64,000 nucleotides of DNA from positions 28,512 to 92,511 of the forward strand of contig JAHDYR010000043.1 in the NCBI GenBank assembly GCA_019828565.1. The letters are read 5' to 3'. The notes beneath the pieces are model-generated. The model did no database searches. It was not told where the DNA came from and saw nothing but the letters and a program-made list of their open reading frames with translations. This DNA is from Carpediemonas membranifera BICM. Taxonomy: Eukaryota; Protista; Fornicata. Of this stretch, positions 57,527-64,000 are shown in pieces (position 1 is the first letter of the stretch; the number at the start of each line of letters is the position of its first letter). Made by a program: the position numbers and the translations under genes.

Positions 57527-60500
57527 ATTTTCAAAATGACGAGGTCATTTTCGGAGAACCGACATTTTGGGCAAAACTGTGTGGCAATGCGTGCAGAGGT
57601 GAAAGTAAGCGCATATTAGGAACGCATAATTTGCCAACATCCCGAATCGGGCGCTTTGGACATGCTTTCGCAGCACTAAGTACAGAACACAACATCAATA
57701 GCCGAAACTACAACGAATCAGCACGGAACACCTAATTAGAAGCAAAGACGCCAACATTAGCTTCCTGCAACCGAGATATGGCACCAACAGCTTGCTTGTT
57801 GAAGTCTGCAGCTACAAGTACGTTTCCTCTCCACAGCTTCCTCAGTATCGAGACCCGGACAGGGCGAAGGTCCACGTCGCGGCCGAGACCGAGTTGCTTG
57901 CTCAAGACGACCAACCAGTCGTGCTCGAGGACCACTCGGTGGCCGTTCGCCGCGTCCTTGCTCTCGGGCTCAGACTTGGCCAGCACCCGGCGGCCAGTCC
58001 ATCCCGTGGGGTGGATGACGCCGGGGATGACCTCGACATTCCAGTTCGAGTACCGGGCGTGCTTCGAGCGCGTAGCCCACCCGTGGTTGGGTGAGACCAC
58101 GATGTCGACCCCTACTGGTGCGCGATCACCCGTGCGGAACATCATGATGTCCATGCGGGCCTCGCCCTCCTTGTTGGGGTCCTTCGTGAGCTTGTGGTGC
58201 TGGTGTAGGCGCACTTCAGCCTGCGCCGGCACGTCGACCTCGCCTGCCCAGGCCTGAAGGGCCTTGCCGATCGGGTCGTGGCGGTGCTTGCTGGGGCCAC
58301 CTCCCCGCAGGCAGGGGCAGGACAGCATGTGCTCTACCGTGAGCTGCGGGGCGTGGGCTTCCCTCGTCGGGTCAATCCGGGACGTGTCCTCAGGGTCGAC
58401 CACAGAGCGAAGGTAGCAGAGGGGGCAGACCGAGCCGGCACGGGTGTCGAACGACGCCATGCCCATGTGGGCACGGGTCACGGCACGAAGCGTGAGGCCG
58501 TCGACGGACGGGTCAGTCTTATTCCCGAGAGGGTTGCACGAAAGGCTCTGGCGGACCAGGCACTCGGCAGGAGTCTCGACTTCGTAGCCGCCCGCACACA
58601 GACTGGCGAGGATAGAGTGTCGCACAAGCGAAACCAGTCTGCGTTGGGGGCCGGATGAAGAGAGCTCCCGGAAGAGCTTGTCGGTCACGGGCCAGTGGGC
58701 CTCAAGCAAGTGCCCAAAGTGCTTCTGGGCGTTCTGTGCCACACCCAGCGCGTGCGAAGGAAGGACCTTAGAGACCTCCAGCAGTTGCCGAGCGGCACCG
58801 ATGTGGGCGGCGTGCCACACCGTCGTCGGGAGCGTCGGGAGCGAGACCAAGTCCGCCGTCACGCACGTCAAGTGCGGCTGTGACCACCATGAAGGGCGGG
58901 GGAGCGGGGAGCCCGAGGATGGTGCTGATAGCAGGAGCGAGCACAGTGGCTTCGAACTGAGCGAAGTCCCTATAGAGCCGGCCAGAGTGGACAGTGGGAG
59001 ACACGCAACGGAAGAAGTGCGTCGGCACAGTCAGGACTGTGTATTTCAACAGTCCTAGGCAGGCGCTAGTGGCGTCGGCCCCGATGACGTTAGCCATCTC
59101 CGTGATCGACGCGACCTCCGCCTCCATTCTGGCAATCAGTCTCCGGCCCTCGTCCTGGATGAACGAACTAGTACCCACCGGGGCACCCACGACCACGAGG
59201 TTCTTGGCCCGTCGGACCCGTCGCTCGCTGGCGTTGGTGTCATTATCCGGCGCGTCCTTAGACATCACCAGGCACTTACTCCTGTTCAGCCTCATACCCG
59301 CGGACCCGCACTCAGACTCCGCGGCGTCGTACAGCTGGTTGACCTCCTGCCCAACCTCCGAGAGAGGCCTGTCTGTCAGGGCGTATACGTCGTCCTGGTA
59401 CCCGACGAGGCGCCAGCCGCTGAACGTAGACCGGAGTCGGGTGAGGATGGGTCGCATGCCCAACGAGAACAGAATGGGGGATAGGGGGTCGCCCTGGTGG
59501 ATCCCCTCCACGGATGGGATGACCGCGCCAGTTGTCGCGAAGAGCGACCCAGACTGATACATGGTCCGCACGTAGCCGGCGATGGCCGGGCAATACGCGT
59601 CAACCACCCTGGCGATGAACGAACGGGACATGGTCCCGTAGGCGTTCGAGAGATCCATGGCTGCGGTGACACCACCCTTGCCTCGGCAGTCACGGACCGC
59701 GTCGACGAGGGTTTCAAGCCCGCAGGCCTCCCCGATGCCGAATTGGTCCGGAAGGCACCCGTCTGCCCGAAGCCGGGCGCTCACGACCTTCGCCAGCAGC
59801 TTGCCTGCAAAGCGACGCAAGGTGTCGCCGATGGCGACAGGACGGATGTCACCGTTCTTCTTCGGAACCGGGACAAGGATGGCATGCGAAAGAATGCCGG
59901 TGTATGGACACCCACACATGATGTCCTGCACAAGGGGTAGCAAAGCCCTCGCGAACTCGCCCCCTAGAAGGTGGAAGGCCTTCTTGAGATGCAAGAAAGA
60001 GAGGCCTGAGGGCCCTGGCGCCGACTCGGTAGGTAGTGTCTTCAGAAGACGCTTGACCTGCTTAACCGACACCTCTGGTACGTACCTCAGGGGCGACGCG
60101 ACCGGGGTCACGTCACCGAACGCGTCCTCGACACGCTCCTCCTGCAACTCGCGGAGCCGAGCGTCTGTCTCAGGCTCGGTGAGAGTACACTTGTGCGCCC
60201 TCAGGGCAGCACTCGCCTTTCCCACGAACCCGCGGTTGTAGAGACTGAACGCTCGGAGGAGCTTGCTATCGGTTTGGCCCCCTGTGCTCTCGCGAGGCAC
60301 ATACAGACCCGTCGGCAGCTTCACGAGCTCGCGCAGAGCCGCGGCCTTCGCTTCGTCGCTCTCCGCGTCCCCAATCAAGACGAGCTGGTCCCGAAGCTCC
60401 CGGGCCCACGCCTTCTGACGATGCCGGGTCGGAAGGACCTTGCCGACAGTCAGGGCGACGACGGCGGACGGGAAACACTCGGGGATCGAGGTGGGCGGGG

Positions 60501-61145
60501 GGCGCGGTGGTGAAGGCGGAGGTTGAGCTGGCTCTAGGCCGCGAGGTGTGTCAGTGCGGGGCGACGGCTGGGCCTGTTGGGTCGGGGTTGGCGTCCCCGG
60601 GGCCGACGTAGCGCTCGCCTCGAGAGGGAGCGACACGGGGGCGGGGCGGGGAATATCGTCCGGCTGCGTGCCGGACTGGGTGGAGCCATCATCCTGAGCC
60701 CTCAGTGTAACCGGGATGGCCACTTCACGATCGGACTGGCGGATGGAACAGGCGTCCCGCATTGCGGCCGGGATCTTCGCCTGGCAAGCAGCCAGGTTAT
60801 TCATACCTGTGTTGGATGGCTTCGAGACGCTACTCGGGAACGCCTCATGAAGACGCATTGCGACGTCGCGCAATTTTGCGCATGAGAATCGGTTCTTGGC
60901 CCGGCTTGATGGCCCGATGGCGAGCTTCACGATGCCATCCGATGTGGATAAGCATTCGAAAACGAAGCCAATGGAGGACCACTCGTTCAATAGACCTCTG
61001 GGAACGCAATCCCGAAAGTCTCGTTGAATGCAGCGCAAGATGGGCAGAAGGCATCCTGGAGGACCAGGATCGCCTGATGATGGGTTTCTTGCTACAACGT
61101 CCCGCCTTTGAGGCAACGGGGCGCTCCGCAAGAGGTTTTCGTTCA
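57527..61145 (-). mobile_element. CRE-like non-LTR retrotransposon (RT + CCHC + restriction-like endonuclease); ORF 57732-61146 with one frameshift near 58870
   Basis: SAPGPSG, IRPVAIG, DLSNAY, GIHQGDPLSP, YQDD; CPLC...EHMLSC; RHD...E...RMDI...VDI...K. Confidence 0.9.
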
Positions 61146-61280
61146 TCACTGGGGGCATCCTTTTACTAGATCTTGAGATTGAGGGTAGCAGTCGAGGCTT
61201 CGCGGGGCGAGATCGAGGTAGTACTTGGGTTCTGGGGGGTCTCAGGGCCGTGTAGCGTCATGTGACGGGGGTATCGGTCA

Positions 61281-63182
61281 TGGGGCTACATCAGCTCTAA
61301 TGTCACCTTGGGTGACGCCATCCGCAAGAGACGATCAATCGTTGTGCGGGTGCACTTTAAGCAGGCAGAATGGTAGAAACTTCGGCTCCGCCGACGGCAT
61401 CGGATTTCGCGGGACTAAAAGAGCAGATTGAGAAGCTAGCTGGAACTGTCAGCCAGTTGGCTGCTGCAAAAGGAAGCGAAAGGGAGAACGAGTCCCCGAT
61501 CTTCGATCTTGCTAGCGAGCACGAGGAAGCAGAGGAAAAGAAGAACGAAGAGGTTGAGGATGAAGAGGACGAGAACTTTGACGCTACTATCCGGTACATC
61601 GACGGACTGGCAGATCTTCCTTCAAAGGGCCCGCTAAGAGAGGAGGCGATGTTCGTTCGGAGAATTTCCGCCATGCTGCAGGCTTCTAGGATGGATAAGA
61701 AGGACAGGAAGAGGATTGATCTTGAACTTCAGGCTCGCCGCAGGATCCTGAAGATGAAGGACGAAAACTACAGCAATGTCGAAGGAGACTTTTTTCCAGG
61801 CCCGCCCAGCTACCAGAGGGGCCAGGGTGGCGGCAAGAACAAGAAGAACAAGAGAGATTAAGACAAAAATTTCCATCAATGAATGCCAAATGGGAGCTTT
61901 GGGAGCGCTTTGGTGCAAGCCAGGAGGTTGTAGACCTTTTGCACCACGGCGTACCCATCTCCGTCACTCAGCCGCCACCGCCACCACAACCACAACGTAC
62001 CATGGACCCGAGGATCAACGACAAGATCGCAGAGATGCTACAGGAGGGAGTTCTAGAGGAGTGCACGCTCCAGGACCTGCGTCACTCCGCCCCACTGTTC
62101 TGTGTCGCCAAGGGCGCAGAGAACATCCGTGTCGTGCACGACCTTCGCCAGCTCAATGCTGTTTCATCGGAGGCACGCACATTCCGACTATTCGGCCTCA
62201 AGCGGGCCCTCAGCACACTCACACACAACGCTTACATGACAAAGATAGATCTACGGTCGGGCTAACACCAATTAGGGGGTCGTGCCGGAGGACGCGAAGC
62301 TCCTGGGTGTCGTCACACCAGAGGGCAAAGCTTACTACTACAGAGGTCTCAGCTTCGGATGGCAGGCCGCCCCGTTCTTCTTTCAGAGCGTGACGGTACA
62401 ACTGGCAAAGATCATAGCCCGACGGTTCGGCGTACAAGTGTCGGTATACCTGGACGACTTCTTGCTCACCCACAAGTCCAAGGACGTTCTAGCACGTGCG
62501 ACGCAGGGGGTGATCGAGCTCATGGCGTCGCTAGGAGTCATCCCGAGCCTGAAGAAGTCACAGCTGACCCCGACAAGGTCGATCGAGTATCTTGGGGTCG
62601 TACTAGACACTTCGACAGACTCCATGAGGCTATCAGAGGACAAGAGCGCTCATTACAGGCAGCACCTTCAGGAGGCCCTGGTCCAGGGCAGACTACGCGC
62701 GAGAGACTGGGCCAATCTACTAGGCAAGCTGGCCTTCTTCTCCTCCACAGCCCACGCCGCCCTGCTGAGGCTTCGTCCTCTTCAGGCGGTGAAGCCCTCG
62801 GATTACATCACAGTCACAACAGAGCTAAGGGCGCTTCTCGAACCCTGGGACGAGGTCCTGCGGCAGCGACCCTCCAGGCCATTCGCAGAGCTAAGGAGCC
62901 TTTGGGGCATGCAGGGAGATCTGCAGGTCACGGTTGCGACAGACGCATCAGGCCAGGGCTGGGGCGCATCGCTATACCAAGGGGCCGCGTCACGAACAGC
63001 GCAAGGACACTTCCCTCGGGATGTTCAGGATTCCAACATATGCGTGAAGGAGCTGTACGCAATCTGGCAGGGAGTCCTGATGGTGCCTGCGCAGAGGGGC
63101 AACGCCAATCTAACGGTGTTCACAGACAACACCGCGGCGAAGTCGTGGGTCAACCGCCAAGGTTTAACACGGGCAGGGCCCG
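61281..63182 (+). mobile_element. YR-12: 3'-truncated YR retrotransposon (gag 61370-61861; RT-RNase H from 61879, stop at 62263), duplicate of YR-6
   Basis: Starts TGGGGCTACATC like other A repeats (TGGCGCTACATC); YLDD, TDAS. Confidence 0.9.
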
Positions 63183-63217
63183 TAAGCTAAGGTAAGGTAA
63201 GGTAAGGTAAGGTAAGG
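63183..63217 (+). repeat. (TAAGG)6 array preceded by TAAGC
   Basis: Read directly. Confidence 0.92.
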
Positions 63218-63970
63218 CTCGATATGACGCAGAACAGCAACGATCACGTAATCGAGGGAGGGATCCGTGAGCTGAGGAACCAACCACTCAGGCTCTACGA
63301 CGTGCCGCTCAATGCGCGGAACACTGCCCGCCTCGACGAGCGCGTAATAATCTGCGACGAACTGAGTCGCGTCTCTGGTATTCAGGCGATCGCGCGTGCG
63401 GACCTGAGCCGTCATCCACACACAGTATACGGACAGGTGGCAACCGATTAGCACCAGACGCTTCAGACAGGCTGAGGCAACGGACCGCTGATACTGCTGA
63501 CCAGCCGATGCGAAGCTGGCCGCACTGACGTCAAGGAGAGCGGTGACAGCGTCAACAAGGTCGTGGGAGAATGCGCCGCCATTATCGCCAGCAGAGGCCA
63601 GCAAGGCTCGACCCAGCTCAACGTCGTTGCCACGCAGGGCGAGATGTGTCCGGAGGTGGCGACCGACGATGGCGTCACGCACAAACTCACGCAGGAGGCC
63701 AAGCGAGCGAAGGAGGTGGCGATCGCTGGAGTCGCTCCCACCGCTAAAGACCTTTCCGTCACGGAGACGCGACAGGGCGCCGTGGAGGGTCAGCTCAAAA
63801 CAGTTACTGACGAGCGTGCTGGCCTGGTTCAGGACGGCCTGGAATCTGGTAGCCCGTTCGTCGAGGCCAGCCCGCGGCCGGGTGGCAGGTACAATCCGTG
63901 CCGTGAGCCTGGCCGCACGGACTGGCCGGTCATGAGTGCGGCGTTCGGCGGATCGACGGGATTCGACGGA
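63218..63970 (-). pseudogene. Second member of the chromovirus antisense accessory-ORF family, cut at the TAAGG array
   Basis: Frame open from ~63970; FVRDAIVGRHLRTHLALR and KRLVLIG...DATQFVADYYALVEAG align with LCRDAIVLQAMSAYLSIR and RAVMLG...DCAEFARQYFARMRSG. Confidence 0.62.
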
Positions 63971-64000
63971 TCACGGACGGACCGATCGACCGGACGGACT

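Overview
This is a eukaryotic, GC-rich retroelement nest. No host protein-coding gene is recognisable; the only cellular genes are two identical elongator tRNA-Met(CAT) genes facing away from each other (31057-31130 minus, 57330-57403 plus). Four element classes are present. (1) About 12 copies or remnants from roughly 10 divergent families of tyrosine-recombinase (YR) retrotransposons, PAT/DIRS-like (gag; RT-RNaseH-methyltransferase-like; YR), with split direct repeats A1-ORFs-B1-A2-C-B2, stacked head-to-tail on both sides of the tRNA-Met genes without target-site duplications (TSDs). (2) Five copies of one APE-RT LINE with a (TTTC)n tail; the longest is 8.7 kb and its 1008-aa ORF1 contains an apparently catalytic Maelstrom-type DEDDh/ECHC nuclease domain. 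(3) Three chromodomain Ty3/Gypsy elements with very short (83-105 bp) LTRs; one carries an antisense accessory ORF and one is folded into a 6.5-kb palindrome. (4) A CRE-like RT/restriction-like-endonuclease element flanked by a 135-bp direct repeat, plus a second RT fragment at the left edge. The strongest candidates for undescribed biology are the LINE-borne Maelstrom-like nuclease (possible anti-silencing effector), tRNA-flank-targeted YR retrotransposons, and a covarying pseudoknot-like RNA module plus terminal hairpin shared by the YR families. Many ORFs are frameshifted (decay and/or long-read errors). All domain calls come from motifs read by eye; no searches were run, and coordinates were counted manually.
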